This document shows, piece by piece, positions 16,050-25,650 of a DNA stretch of 64,000 nt (position 1 is its first letter; each line of letters begins with the position of its first letter). The stretch spans positions 1,632-65,631 of the forward strand of contig DRQF01000169.1 of assembly GCA_011369445.1 (NCBI GenBank), given 5' to 3'. A model generated the notes under the pieces. That model was not told the DNA's origin, ran no database searches, and worked only from the letters and a program-made list of their open reading frames with translations. The translations under genes were made by a program, and so were the position numbers. This stretch comes from Planctomycetota bacterium. Its GTDB lineage: Bacteria > Planctomycetota > GCA-002687715 > DRQF01.

Positions 16050-17513
16050 ATGTTTGATTCCCTGACGAAGACCTTCGACGCCGTTCGCCGACGGTTCGCC
16101 GGCAAGAGCAAGCTGACCGAGGCCAACATCAACGAGGCCCTGGGAGAGGTGCGGACCGCCCTCCTCGAGGCCGACGTGAACTTTGCCGTCTGCAAGGACT
16201 TCCTCGCGAACGTTCGAGAGCGTGCCTTGGGTGCCGAAGTCCTTGCCGGCGTGTCGCCCGGGGACCAGTTCATCAAGAGCATCCATGATGCTCTTGTGGA
16301 GCTCATGGGGCCCGAGGACCCGTCGATCGCATGGAAGAAGGACGGGCCGACCGTCATTCTCATGGCGGGTCTCCAAGGCTCGGGCAAGACCACCACTTGC
16401 GGAAAGCTCGCGTTCAAGTTCAAGAATGAGGGGCGCAAGCCCTTGCTTGTCGCCGCGGATGTCCAGCGTCCGGCCGCCATCGAGCAGCTGAAGGTTCTGG
16501 GAGAGCAGGTGGGTGTTCCGGTCCATGCCGAACCTGGGGCGGCGCCTCCGGATATCTGCGAGCGGGCGGTTGCGAAGGCGGTCGAACTGGGTGCCGACAC
16601 GGTCATTCTGGATACCGCAGGGCGTCTCCACATCGACGAAGACCTCATGAATGAGGTCTCCCTGATCGCGGAGAAGACCCATCCGGACGAGGTGTTCCTC
16701 GTGCTGGATGCGAACACGGGTCAAGACGCCGTCCATTCCGCCGAGGAATTCGACAAGACACTCGCTTTGACGGGAGTCGTGCTGACCAAGCTGGACAGCG
16801 GGACACGGGGCGGAGCGTCCTTGTCGGTCAAGAAGGTGACGGGCAAGCCCATCAAGTTCATCGGTGTCGGTGAGAAGCTCGACAAGCTCGAGAGTTTTCA
16901 CCCAGCACGCATGGCGGATCGGATTCTCGGCATGGGAGACGTCGTCTCCCTGGTGGAGAAGGCCCAAGACGCCATCGACGAGGAGTCCGCCGAGAAGGCT
17001 GCCCGCCAACTGCTTCTGGGGCAATTCAACTTCGAAGACTTCCGCCGTCTGATGCAGATGGTCCGGAGCATGGGCCCGATCAAGGACCTGTTGAAGATGG
17101 TTCCCGGGATGGCGGCTAAGTCGGAGATGCTCGATCAACTGGACGAGCGTCAGTTCGACCGCAGCGAAGCCATCATCTCCTCGATGACGCCGCAGGAGCG
17201 TGTGCATCCGGAGATCCTCAACATCTCGCGCCGTGAGCGGATCGCCCGCGGTGCGGGGGTCGACGTTCAGCATGTCCATCATCTCGTGCGAAGCCTGAAA
17301 CAGATGGGGTCGCAGATGAAGATGATGAAGAAATCCGGCATGATGGGGCGCTTCATGGATCCCATGAAGACGCTCAAGAAGGAACAGAAGCGCGATTTGA
17401 AACGCATGTCCGCGGAGGGACGAAGCGTTCTCGAGCTGCCGGCCTTCAAATCGACTCGTACGGCTCGCAAGGGTGGGGCCAAGTCCAACAAACGTAAGAA
17501 GAAACGCAGGTGA
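16050..17513 (+). CDS. ffh: Signal recognition particle protein Ffh
   Basis: 487 aa. The N-terminus is MFDSLTKTFDAV...LTEANINEALGEVRTALLEADVN. The G domain carries GLQGSGKTTTCGKLA and DTAGR, and the M domain is Met-rich. Confidence 0.95.
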   Translation: MFDSLTKTFDAVRRRFAGKSKLTEANINEALGEVRTALLEADVNFAVCKDFLANVRERALGAEVLAGVSPGDQFIKSIHDALVELMGPEDPSIAWKKDGPTVILMAGLQGSGKTTTCGKLAFKFKNEGRKPLLVAADVQRPAAIEQLKVLGEQVGVPVHAEPGAAPPDICERAVAKAVELGADTVILDTAGRLHIDEDLMNEVSLIAEKTHPDEVFLVLDANTGQDAVHSAEEFDKTLALTGVVLTKLDSGTRGGASLSVKKVTGKPIKFIGVGEKLDKLESFHPARMADRILGMGDVVSLVEKAQDAIDEESAEKAARQLLLGQFNFEDFRRLMQMVRSMGPIKDLLKMVPGMAAKSEMLDQLDERQFDRSEAIISSMTPQERVHPEILNISRRERIARGAGVDVQHVHHLVRSLKQMGSQMKMMKKSGMMGRFMDPMKTLKKEQKRDLKRMSAEGRSVLELPAFKSTRTARKGGAKSNKRKKKRR

Positions 17514-17557
17514 TCCGGAACGCGCCGGACCCTCATTGTTTTGGAGTCTGAACTAGA

Positions 17558-17938
17558 ATGGCAACTGTCATCCGTCTGACGCGTCGCGGCCGCCGCAACG
17601 CCCCTTTCTACAGAATCGGTGTTTTTGACGTTCGTACTCGTCGCGATGGCCGAGCCATCGAGAATCTCGGCCACTACAATCCGTTGGCCAAGGGGGATGG
17701 GCCTCAGTTCGAGTTGAACGTGGAGCGTGCCAAGTACTGGATCTCGGTCGGTGCGCGCCCCAGTGCCACCGTGGCGTCGTTCCTGAAGCGAGAAGGTGTT
17801 GCCCCCGTGGAAAAGGCGAAGAAGACCGATCGCAACCGCAAGCGCTCAGTCAAGCGCCTGGCAGCGGAAAAGAAGTCCGGCAAGCTCCACGGCAAGACGA
17901 AGAAGAAGGCCGCCGCTTCCGCGAAGGCGTCGAAGTAG
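17558..17938 (+). CDS. rpsP: 30S ribosomal protein S16 with a Lys-rich C-terminal extension
   Basis: MATVIRLTRRGRRNAPFYRIGVFDVRTRRDGRAIENLGHYNPL is a canonical S16 N-terminus. At 126 aa, the protein has a basic tail (KAKKTDRNRKRSVKRLAAEKKSGKLHGKTKKKAAASAKASK). Confidence 0.9.
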   Translation: MATVIRLTRRGRRNAPFYRIGVFDVRTRRDGRAIENLGHYNPLAKGDGPQFELNVERAKYWISVGARPSATVASFLKREGVAPVEKAKKTDRNRKRSVKRLAAEKKSGKLHGKTKKKAAASAKASK

Positions 17939-18019
17939 CAACGGTCCGGATCGGATTCAGGGGCGAGGTTTCTCGCTCCGAGTTCGTCGGTCTCCCAACG
18001 GCTCCGTTCGAGGTGTCCC

Positions 18020-19300
18020 GTGAGCGGCAAGGCAGCAATGAAAAAGATCCTCGGGGTGCTCGAGAAACGGTTCGGCGGGTTGCGATCGCTGACCGAGGAT
18101 CGCCCGCTTGATCAGTTGATCCTCCTCCTCCTTTCGAGGGGCGTTGCGGAGAAGAAGGCCCACGAGGCTCTTGCGACTCTCCGCGAGCATTTCGTCGACT
18201 GGAACGAGGTGCGAGTGAGTCCTCTGCACGAGATCGAAGCGGCCTTGTCGCCTCTCGGGCAGAAGGGGATGTTGGACAAGCCCACACGTATCCGCGCCCT
18301 CTTGAGCCTGGTGTATTCCCGGTTCAATCGGGTGGACTTGGATTTTGTGCGCGACTGGAGCGACCGGAAGTCCGCCCGCAAGCGCGACCGCCTGTTGATG
18401 GCCATCTCCGACATCTCCCCCGGCTTGCCTCCGATCCTCTTGGCCGCCTTGGATGGCCTGGGGGCGGCATTCCGCAATGATCCGGAAATCAATCGCGTCT
18501 TGACGCGACTCGGTCTGGTCAAGACCGGCGGAACCACGCCAGCGCAATGGCGTAAGTCGGTCCGGGAAGCGTTCGATGACGGTGACCAGTTGGTCCTCCT
18601 TTGGGGGTTGCATCTTCTGGCAGCGTCCTACTGCCGCAAGTCCTTGCCCGACTGCGTGCATTGCCCATTGAAGACCTCCTGCCCCTCGGCGGACGCCGAG
18701 ATGGAGAAAGTCCGCGCCGCAAGGGAGAAAGCGAAGGAGAAGGCCCGCGCCGAAGCCCGCAGGATCGCCAAGAAGATGGCGGCGGAAGCTCGAAAGAAGG
18801 CTCGCGAAACCGCAAAGAGAGAGGCTCAGGAGAGAAAGAAACGGGAGGCCGAGGAAAGGAAGCGAGAGGCCCGAGCCAAGAAAGAGGCCGAGGCGGCGAG
18901 GAAGAAGAAGGCCGCGGCGAAGAAGAAAGCGGCGGCGGAGAAGAAGAGGGTCGCGGCGGCCAAGAAGAAGGCGGCGACCGCGAAGAAGAAAAAGGCCGCG
19001 GCGGCGAAGAAGAAGAAGAAGGCGGCCGCCAGCAAGAAGAAGGCCTCCGCCGCGAAGAAGAAGACTTCGAAAAAGAAGGTGACCAAGAAGAAGGTCGCGA
19101 AGAAGGCGACGGGCAAGAAGAAAACGGCGAAGAAGAAAGCGGCCGCGACCAGAAAGAAGGTCGCGAAGGTGACGAAGAGGAAGGTCGCGAAGAAGCCTTC
19201 CAAGGCGTCTCGCAAGAAGACTTCGAGTGAGTCTGCGCGCGGGACATCCAAGACGAAGAAGAAGACGTCCTCCTCGTCCGCCGCTCGTCGCAAGAAGTGA
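18020..19300 (+). CDS. Endonuclease III-like (HhH-GPD fold, 4Fe-4S loop) protein fused to a ~200-aa Lys/Ala/Glu/Arg-rich histone-H1-like tail
   Basis: 426 aa. The N-terminal ~220 aa have an EndoIII-like layout that ends in C-x6-C-x2-C-x5-C (YCRKSLPDCVHCPLKTSCPS). The remainder is low-complexity, of the AAKKKAAAEKKRVAAAKKKAATAKKKKAAAAKKKKKAAASKKK type. The start is either GTG 18020 or ATG 18038. Confidence 0.7.
   Translation: MSGKAAMKKILGVLEKRFGGLRSLTEDRPLDQLILLLLSRGVAEKKAHEALATLREHFVDWNEVRVSPLHEIEAALSPLGQKGMLDKPTRIRALLSLVYSRFNRVDLDFVRDWSDRKSARKRDRLLMAISDISPGLPPILLAALDGLGAAFRNDPEINRVLTRLGLVKTGGTTPAQWRKSVREAFDDGDQLVLLWGLHLLAASYCRKSLPDCVHCPLKTSCPSADAEMEKVRAAREKAKEKARAEARRIAKKMAAEARKKARETAKREAQERKKREAEERKREARAKKEAEAARKKKAAAKKKAAAEKKRVAAAKKKAATAKKKKAAAAKKKKKAAASKKKASAAKKKTSKKKVTKKKVAKKATGKKKTAKKKAAATRKKVAKVTKRKVAKKPSKASRKKTSSESARGTSKTKKKTSSSSAARRKK
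18700..19297 (+). repeat. Purine-rich low-complexity coding repeat (GCG/GCC-AAG-AAG type) encoding the Lys/Ala tail
   Basis: Direct reading shows long runs of aagaag/gcggcg codons. The antisense frames yield the F/L/A-rich artefact ORFs 18519..19247 and 18826..19611. Confidence 0.8.
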
Positions 19301-19893
19301 GTCGCTTCTATCTCGCTTCGGCATCGCCTCGTCGCAGTGCACTCCTGCGGGACTGGGGTGTCTCCCACGAATGCCTTCCATCGCGGATCCCTGAAGCGAT
19401 CCGCCTCGACATCGATCCAGCGCTCGTGGCACAGACCTTGGCCGTCCGAAAGTTGATGGCGGCATTGACGCGCGAGGGCCCAGCGCGCCGACCGTGCTTC
19501 GGGCTCGGGGCGGATACCCTCGTCGTTCTGGAAGGAGAGGTGCAAGGGAAGCCCTCGTCTCCCGACGACGCCGTGACGATGCTGATGAGGGAGTCCGGAC
19601 GAAAGCTCCAAGTCATCACTGGCGTGGCCGTGGGGCGATTCCTGGAGGACGGGGACGAGATCGAGAAGGGCTTCGAGGTCTCAACGGTGGTTATGCGGTC
19701 CTTCTCCCGCGACGAGGCCCTCGCCTACTGCGCGACCGGGGAGCCTTTCGACAAAGCCGGGGCATTCGCCATCCAGGGGAAGGGAAGGGCGCTCATCGAG
19801 TCGTTCTCCGGTTCCCATTCCAACATCGTGGGGTTGCCCCGGGAACTCACCCTGGCGCTCTTGAGGCGGGTCGGACACCCAGGGCCGAGCTGA
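19297..19893 (+). CDS. maf: Maf-like nucleoside triphosphate pyrophosphatase
   Basis: 198 aa. Diagnostic motifs are FYLASASPRRSALL, GADTLVVLEG...GKP and AGAFAIQG. The GTG start overlaps the preceding stop. Confidence 0.85.
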   Translation: MSRFYLASASPRRSALLRDWGVSHECLPSRIPEAIRLDIDPALVAQTLAVRKLMAALTREGPARRPCFGLGADTLVVLEGEVQGKPSSPDDAVTMLMRESGRKLQVITGVAVGRFLEDGDEIEKGFEVSTVVMRSFSRDEALAYCATGEPFDKAGAFAIQGKGRALIESFSGSHSNIVGLPRELTLALLRRVGHPGPS

Positions 19894-19953
19894 GACGGAT
19901 CGAGTCCCGACCAAAAGTGCGAAATCGGTTCCGATGAGAGTTAGAATACCTCG

Positions 19954-20565
19954 ATGATCGACGGCGAACGACTCTTTCTTCTCACGCTCGTCCTGCTTCT
20001 TCTGATCGTCGGGTTTGCCGGGCCGCTTTTTTTCTCGACCCGTGGCGAGGGCGGAACCGTGGGACCTCCCGTTCTGGAGGCGGGGGAGGTCTCCGAAGAA
20101 CTCTTGGGGCAGACGCCGGCCTCCTTACGGGAAAAGGAGAACGCTCGCCGGCTGGCCGAGCTGGCAAAGGGCTGGATGCCGAGCAGACGGCCGCTGGTAC
20201 AGTGGCGCGGAGTTCTCCGAATCCGACCGGAGAAAGATTGGCCTACGGACTTCGATGGCTTGGAGCGCATGTATTCCCGGAGACTGGACTTCGAGCAGGG
20301 CCCTCCGTTCCACTTCATCGTGGACGGACAGGGCGGCGTGCGGTCCACGACCCGTTGGGAGGAACAGACGCGACTGAGGGAGCCTCGTCTGCCGGGAGAG
20401 TCGGAGTGGATCCACGTCCTCTACCTCGCGACGCCTCCCGCGGAGAGCGACGGCGCAAAACTCGAGCAGGTCCTTAGGAGCGAGGCGTTCAGCCGGGGCG
20501 GCTTGGCGAAGCGCATCGGGCTAAAAGGGAAGGTTGTCGTCGTTTCCCATCGGAGAGACTCATGA
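19954..20565 (+). CDS. Hypothetical membrane-anchored protein
   Basis: 203 aa with an N-terminal TM segment (LFLLTLVLLLLIVGFAGPLFF). FHFIVDGQGGVRSTTRWEEQ faintly resembles the amidase_2/PGRP motif YHF-I-D-x-G-x-I...W, but the similarity is weak. Confidence 0.5.
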   Translation: MIDGERLFLLTLVLLLLIVGFAGPLFFSTRGEGGTVGPPVLEAGEVSEELLGQTPASLREKENARRLAELAKGWMPSRRPLVQWRGVLRIRPEKDWPTDFDGLERMYSRRLDFEQGPPFHFIVDGQGGVRSTTRWEEQTRLREPRLPGESEWIHVLYLATPPAESDGAKLEQVLRSEAFSRGGLAKRIGLKGKVVVVSHRRDS

Positions 20566-21110
20566 GACATGTCGCCTACGTCTTCCTGCTGTCCTCGCTC
20601 ATGGCCCTTGGGATGGCCTGCGGGACGGTTTCCGACGAACCACCGGGCTCTGCCGATCCGCGGGTGCGTGCTGACGCGAATCCTGTCGAACTCGAGGGTT
20701 CGAAGGTCGTGCTGGCCGGGATGACCGTCAACGTCGAGATTGCGGACAACTGGGAGACCCGCGGCAGGGGGCTTTCGGGCCGGACGCGACTCGGGCCGAA
20801 CGAGGGCATGATTTTTCTCTATCCGCGTGCCGACATGCGGAGTTTCTGGATGAAGGGATGTCTGATCGGATTGGACATCTTGTTTCTCGATGACGATGGG
20901 CGAGTGCTCAATATCGCCTCGTTGGATCCTCCCGAGGATGAGGAGATCGAGGATTCCATCCCCTCCGCGGATTCCATGGCGCCTTCGCGCATGGTTCTGG
21001 AACTGAGGAAGGGGTGGTGCGAGGAACATGGAGTCAAACCGGGCGAGCGAGTACGTCTTTCGAAAACCGTCCGTGGAAGGCTGCAGGCGTTGAGGAGGAA
21101 GAGCTCGTGA
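20562..21110 (+). CDS. DUF192 domain protein (putative lipoprotein)
   Basis: 182 aa. VEIADNWETRGRGLSGRTRLGPNEGMIFLYP...FWMKGCLIGLDILFLDDDGRV...VLELRKGWCEEHGVKPGERV matches the DUF192 (COG1430) pattern. The N-terminus is LSSLMALGMACG. The start overlaps the previous stop. Confidence 0.75.
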   Translation: MRHVAYVFLLSSLMALGMACGTVSDEPPGSADPRVRADANPVELEGSKVVLAGMTVNVEIADNWETRGRGLSGRTRLGPNEGMIFLYPRADMRSFWMKGCLIGLDILFLDDDGRVLNIASLDPPEDEEIEDSIPSADSMAPSRMVLELRKGWCEEHGVKPGERVRLSKTVRGRLQALRRKSS

Positions 21111-22405
21111 TGCGGAAAACCCTGCCCCTGTTCATCTCTCCTGCCCTTCTGGCCGCTGTGCTCATTCTCGTTCTCCCGAGATTGCTCAGGACGGGGGCGC
21201 ATCGCCCTGATGACCACGAGGCGGGGGTGGATACCTACCGGGAGGTCTATGCCCTCGCGAAGCGAACAGCCTACCGGGAGGTGCCCGACGAAGAACTCAT
21301 TGCCGGGGCCGCGAACGGAATGCTAAAGGTCATCGATCGGTACTCCAGGGCTTACGATCCCAAGCAGTGGCAAAGGTTCCAGAGAAGGAGTGAGGGCCGG
21401 GCTCTCGGCGTGGGAATCATTTTCACACGGCTCGAGGGAGGAGTCCGCATCCTGCGAATCATGCCGAACAGCCCCGCGTCGAGGGCGGACCTGCGACCGG
21501 GAGACAAGGTGATCGCCGTCGACGACGACGTCCTCCCCGAGGATGCGGACGCCACGCTCTTGCAGACGATGCTGGAGGGGGCGACGGCGAGGAAGATTCG
21601 GTTGAAGCTCGAGGCGTTGTCGGACGGTTCGGTACGAACGGTCACGGTCGTCCGAGGAACCTATGCGACCCCCAGCATCCTCACCCAATGGCTCGAAGAG
21701 GAGCAAGTCCTCTATTTGAAGTGTTCGCGATTCCACGAGGAAACGGATGAGGAGATCGCGCGAGCACTCATCGCCGCGGAAGATCGTCACCTCGCCGGCA
21801 TCGTTCTCGATCTTCGAGACAACTCGGGAGGGTCACTTTCCGGCGCCGTTGGCGTCGTCAGTGCTTTCGCTCATCCGCCCGTCGTCGTCGTTGCGGCACA
21901 CCGAGACCGTCGCGTGGACTATCCCCCGTCCGCGTCGCCCGTCGACATGGAGACGCCGTTGTGCATTCTCGTGGACGAGCACAGCGCATCGGCCTCGGAG
22001 GTCGTCGCCGGCGCTCTGCAGGACCTCATGCGGGGCACCGTCGTGGGGACGCGCACGTTCGGAAAGGGTGTCATGCAGAACATCTACGCCCTGCGGACTC
22101 GCGAGATGGGTGTCAAGCTCACGACGGCACGCTGGCTGACTCCTTCGGGGCGCTCCGTTCAACAGGGTGCGGGCGGCGGAGGAGGGGGAATCATCCCGGA
22201 CGTCTTCGCGAGCCGTCCCAAATCCGAAGAGTCTCTCCTCGGCGAGTGGTGGAGTCGGCTGGACGTTCCCGACGAACTCGTTGCGCTCATGGAAAAGGAT
22301 GAGTCCAGAGTGCACATCGGGCCCCGTTTTCGAGACTCACAGCTCGCCGTGGCGCTGAAAGTCTTGAAGGGCGAACCTGTTCTCGAAGCGGTGTCCGGTT
22401 CGTGA
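21110..22405 (+). CDS. Carboxy-terminal processing peptidase (S41 family) with PDZ domain
   Basis: Internal ATG of ORF 21014..22405 (MRKTLPLFISPALLAAVLILVL), overlapping the DUF192 stop by 1 nt. The PDZ segment is SPASRADLRPGDKVIAVDD. S41 motifs are LDLRDNSGGSL, SASASEVVAGALQD and GTRTFGKG. Confidence 0.85.
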   Translation: MRKTLPLFISPALLAAVLILVLPRLLRTGAHRPDDHEAGVDTYREVYALAKRTAYREVPDEELIAGAANGMLKVIDRYSRAYDPKQWQRFQRRSEGRALGVGIIFTRLEGGVRILRIMPNSPASRADLRPGDKVIAVDDDVLPEDADATLLQTMLEGATARKIRLKLEALSDGSVRTVTVVRGTYATPSILTQWLEEEQVLYLKCSRFHEETDEEIARALIAAEDRHLAGIVLDLRDNSGGSLSGAVGVVSAFAHPPVVVVAAHRDRRVDYPPSASPVDMETPLCILVDEHSASASEVVAGALQDLMRGTVVGTRTFGKGVMQNIYALRTREMGVKLTTARWLTPSGRSVQQGAGGGGGGIIPDVFASRPKSEESLLGEWWSRLDVPDELVALMEKDESRVHIGPRFRDSQLAVALKVLKGEPVLEAVSGS

Positions 22406-23109
22406 CGGGGGAAAAAGGCGAGGGGAAACGAGCCCCCAACTTGTGTCCCGATCTCCACCGGGCGCGTCGATTGGGCTTTCCCGAGGTCGTCTACGCCCCC
22501 GGAAAGACTCCCGGTGAGCTGCGCGACATCGTGAAGTCCTTGCTCGCCTCCGACCCGAGACTCCTCGTCACACGAGCCGATCTGGAACAGTATCGGGCAC
22601 TCGACGGATTGGGGTCCACTCTTTGGTTCCATGACGCAGCGCGCGTAATCACCCACGGATACCCTTCGGTTCGGCGGAGGGGGCTCGTGAGCGTGATCTC
22701 CGCCGGGACGACCGATAATCCCGTCGCCGAGGAGGCGGCCATCACCGCCGAGATGTGCGGCTGCCGGGTCCTCATGATCCGAGATGTGGGTGTTGCGGGT
22801 TTGCACCGTGTTCTTGAACGGGTAGAAGATCTTCAAGCGGCATCCGTCCACATCGTCATTGCGGGAATGGAAGGGGCCTTGCCCAGCGTCGTCGGAGGCT
22901 TGCTGCCAGGGCCGATCATCGCGGTCCCCACCAGCGTCGGCTACGGGGCCTCGTTCCAGGGACTGGCTCCCCTGTTGGGTATGCTCAATTCCTGTGCACC
23001 CGGGGTGACGGTCGTCAACATCGACAACGGTTTCGGGGCGGGGTTTGCCGCAGCCCGAATCTTGGCGCTGGGGCCGCGGGACGAAGATGCTGAGGAAACA
23101 GAGGAATGA
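22402..23109 (+). CDS. larB: LarB-type (PurE-like AIR carboxylase family) nickel-pincer cofactor biosynthesis protein
   Basis: 235 aa. [28 protein letters not shown]...[64 protein letters not shown] matches COG1691/LarB. The gene overlaps both neighbours by 4 nt. Confidence 0.75.
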   Translation: MTGEKGEGKRAPNLCPDLHRARRLGFPEVVYAPGKTPGELRDIVKSLLASDPRLLVTRADLEQYRALDGLGSTLWFHDAARVITHGYPSVRRRGLVSVISAGTTDNPVAEEAAITAEMCGCRVLMIRDVGVAGLHRVLERVEDLQAASVHIVIAGMEGALPSVVGGLLPGPIIAVPTSVGYGASFQGLAPLLGMLNSCAPGVTVVNIDNGFGAGFAAARILALGPRDEDAEETEE

Positions 23110-24260
23110 GAAGAGACCCGAGCCGACTTTGGCGCGCCCGATTGATTCTCGAGGACGGCAGTGTTTTCCGAGGGACTTCATTCGGCGCCGAGGGAGAATC
23201 CGGGGGCGAGGTGGTCTTCAACACCGCCATGTCCGGGTATCAGGAAGTGCTGACGGATCCCTCTTATACCGGCCAGATCGTCTGCATGACGGCGCCTCTG
23301 GTGGGGAATTACGGGGTCACCGGTGAAGACATGGAAAGAGACCGCCCCTCCGTGGCTGGATTCCTGGTTCGCGAGGCGTCGACGATGGCTTCGAACTATC
23401 GAGCTCGGGAGGATCTCAGAGGATGGCTTTCTCGCTTTGGCGTCATTGCTCTCGAGGGCATGGACACGCGCGCCATCACGCGGCGCGTTCGAGACAAGGG
23501 TGCAATGCGGGGATTCGTCACCACCGAGCCGCTGGAAGACGACGTGTTGCAACGCCGTCTTCGAGACGTCGAGGAACTGGTCGGTAGAGATCTGGTGAGC
23601 CCGGTGAGTCGAACCTCCGAGGAGGAGTGGACGGAGCCCGTCGCTTCCACCTGGCTTCCGGATTATCCCAAGAAGACGACCGATGCGCGGATGCGGGTGG
23701 TCGCTTTCGACTTCGGCGCGAAGGACAGCATCCTGCGATGTCTGCGATCGCTGGGCTGCGACGTGATCGTCGTTCCGAGTGGGGCGACAGCCGAGGAGGT
23801 GTTGGCGCACGCGCCCGACGGCGTGTTCCTCTCGAATGGGCCCGGCGATCCTCGCCCGCTGGAGGGCCCCACGGCCGTCGTCCGAGAATTGCTCGGGTGT
23901 GTCCCCATGTTCGGGATCTGTCTTGGACACCAGATCATGGCGCAGGCCGTGGGGGCCGAGATCGTCAAGCTCAAGTTCGGGCATCATGGATCGAATCATC
24001 CCGTGAAGGACCTCACCACAGGAAAGGTGGAGATCACCGCTCAGAATCACGGCTTCGCCGTGACCCGGGAGTCGCTCGAGGAATGTTCGGTCCGGGTGAC
24101 CCATCTCAACCTGAATGACGGGACCGTCGAGGGGATGGAGCTGCCCGATCGCCAAGCCTTTTCGGTCCAATACCATCCGGAGGCGTCTCCAGGCCCCCAC
24201 GACGCCCTTTATCTTTTCGAACGCTTCCGCGATCTCATGGTCGAGGCTCGTGCGTCTTGA
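23106..24260 (+). CDS. carA: Carbamoyl-phosphate synthase small (glutamine amidotransferase) subunit
   Basis: 384 aa. Diagnostic segments are [54 protein letters not shown] and [12 protein letters not shown]. Confidence 0.95.
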   Translation: MRRDPSRLWRARLILEDGSVFRGTSFGAEGESGGEVVFNTAMSGYQEVLTDPSYTGQIVCMTAPLVGNYGVTGEDMERDRPSVAGFLVREASTMASNYRAREDLRGWLSRFGVIALEGMDTRAITRRVRDKGAMRGFVTTEPLEDDVLQRRLRDVEELVGRDLVSPVSRTSEEEWTEPVASTWLPDYPKKTTDARMRVVAFDFGAKDSILRCLRSLGCDVIVVPSGATAEEVLAHAPDGVFLSNGPGDPRPLEGPTAVVRELLGCVPMFGICLGHQIMAQAVGAEIVKLKFGHHGSNHPVKDLTTGKVEITAQNHGFAVTRESLEECSVRVTHLNLNDGTVEGMELPDRQAFSVQYHPEASPGPHDALYLFERFRDLMVEARAS

Positions 24261-24370
24261 TGGAGTCTCCCTCGCGGGTTAGGGTAGCCGCCGTTAGGAC
24301 TTGGGCCGCAAGTCCGTGATCCATAAAGAGATATGGATTTGAATTCCCTCTCGATTCTCCTGGGTGAGTC

Positions 24371-25636
24371 ATGCCTGTCAACGCTCTGATCGGCCTCCAA
24401 TGGGGGGACGAAGGTAAGGGAAAAATGATCGACGTCCTGTCCGCGGACGCGGATTGGGTCGTGCGGTGTCAGGGAGGAAGCAACGCCGGGCACACAGTCC
24501 AGGTGGGAGACGAGACTCTCGTCCTGCACTTGGTGCCGAGTGGCATTCTGCGGGCAAACGCGCGATGCATCATCGGGCACGGCGTTGTCTTGGATCCGGG
24601 AAAGCTCCTGGAAGAAATGGACGTCCTCGCCAGCCAGCGGGTGGAACTTCTAGGGCGCCTTTTTCTCTCCAATCGTTGTCACGTCGTCTTTCCCCACCAC
24701 AAGGTCTTGGACGCCCTCCAAGAGGAGGGGCGGGGCGGTGCGAAGATCGGGACCACGGGACGCGGCATTGGACCGGCGTATGCGGACAAGGCAGCTCGCC
24801 GCGGCCTGCGGCTCCACGACTACCTCATCCCCGACCGTCTTTCCTCCCATTTAGCGGTCCGCCACGCCCAAATACGCGAACACTATCCGCAGGCGGAGTT
24901 GCCTCCCCTGGACGAAGTCGTGGCCCAGCACCAGGCATTCGCGGAAAAGCTGGCGCCCCATGTGGTGGATACCGTGGGGATGCTTCTCGATGCCTATCGT
25001 CGCGACGCACGGATCTTTCTCGAGGGGGCCCAGGGAGCGCTTCTCGACATCGACGTGGGGACCTATCCCTTCGTCACCTCCAGCAACACCCAATCCGGCG
25101 GGCTCGTGACGGGTTCGGGCCTGCCGCCAGGAGCGTTTCAAGATGTCTTGGGTGTCGCCAAAGCATATGTGACCCGCGTGGGGGAGGGGCCCTTCCCGAC
25201 CGAACTCGACGACGAGTCGGGGCGAAGGATGAGAGATCGGGGACACGAGTACGGTGCGACGACGGGGCGCCCGCGTCGGTGCGGATGGTTTGACGGTGTC
25301 GCGGCTCGATTCGCCGTGGAGACGAACGGCGTGACGTCCCTCGCGCTCACGAAAGCGGACGTCCTTTCCGGTTTCGAGCGGGTACGCCTCTGCACGGCCT
25401 ATGAGTTGGATGGCCGATCCCTCGAGACCCCCCCCGCGGCGATACGCGATCTGGGGCGGGTTCGCCCAGTTTACAGGGAAATGGAGGGGTGGAGTGAGGA
25501 CATTTCGGGCTGTCGTACGTATGATGCGTTGCCGAAGGCGCTGAAGCTCTATGTGGAAGCCGTGGAGGCGGTTTCCGGTGCCCCGGTGGGGCGCGTGTCG
25601 GTCGGACCGCGTCGCCAAGACATCATTTTCCGGTAG
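24371..25636 (+). CDS. purA: Adenylosuccinate synthetase
   Basis: 421 aa. Diagnostic motifs are GLQWGDEGKGKMIDVL, GGSNAGHTV, GTTGRGIGPAY and GATTGRPRRCGW. Confidence 0.95.
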   Translation: MPVNALIGLQWGDEGKGKMIDVLSADADWVVRCQGGSNAGHTVQVGDETLVLHLVPSGILRANARCIIGHGVVLDPGKLLEEMDVLASQRVELLGRLFLSNRCHVVFPHHKVLDALQEEGRGGAKIGTTGRGIGPAYADKAARRGLRLHDYLIPDRLSSHLAVRHAQIREHYPQAELPPLDEVVAQHQAFAEKLAPHVVDTVGMLLDAYRRDARIFLEGAQGALLDIDVGTYPFVTSSNTQSGGLVTGSGLPPGAFQDVLGVAKAYVTRVGEGPFPTELDDESGRRMRDRGHEYGATTGRPRRCGWFDGVAARFAVETNGVTSLALTKADVLSGFERVRLCTAYELDGRSLETPPAAIRDLGRVRPVYREMEGWSEDISGCRTYDALPKALKLYVEAVEAVSGAPVGRVSVGPRRQDIIFR

Positions 25637-25650
25637 TGGGAAGGTCACCG

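Noticed and set aside
18700-19297. Repeat arrays (also 46477-46602 and 47176-47265) as possible CRISPR or non-coding satellite.
   Set aside because: Unit lengths are multiples of three, there are no unique spacers, and the arrays are in frame inside long ORFs with ordinary flanking domains. They are coding low-complexity repeats.
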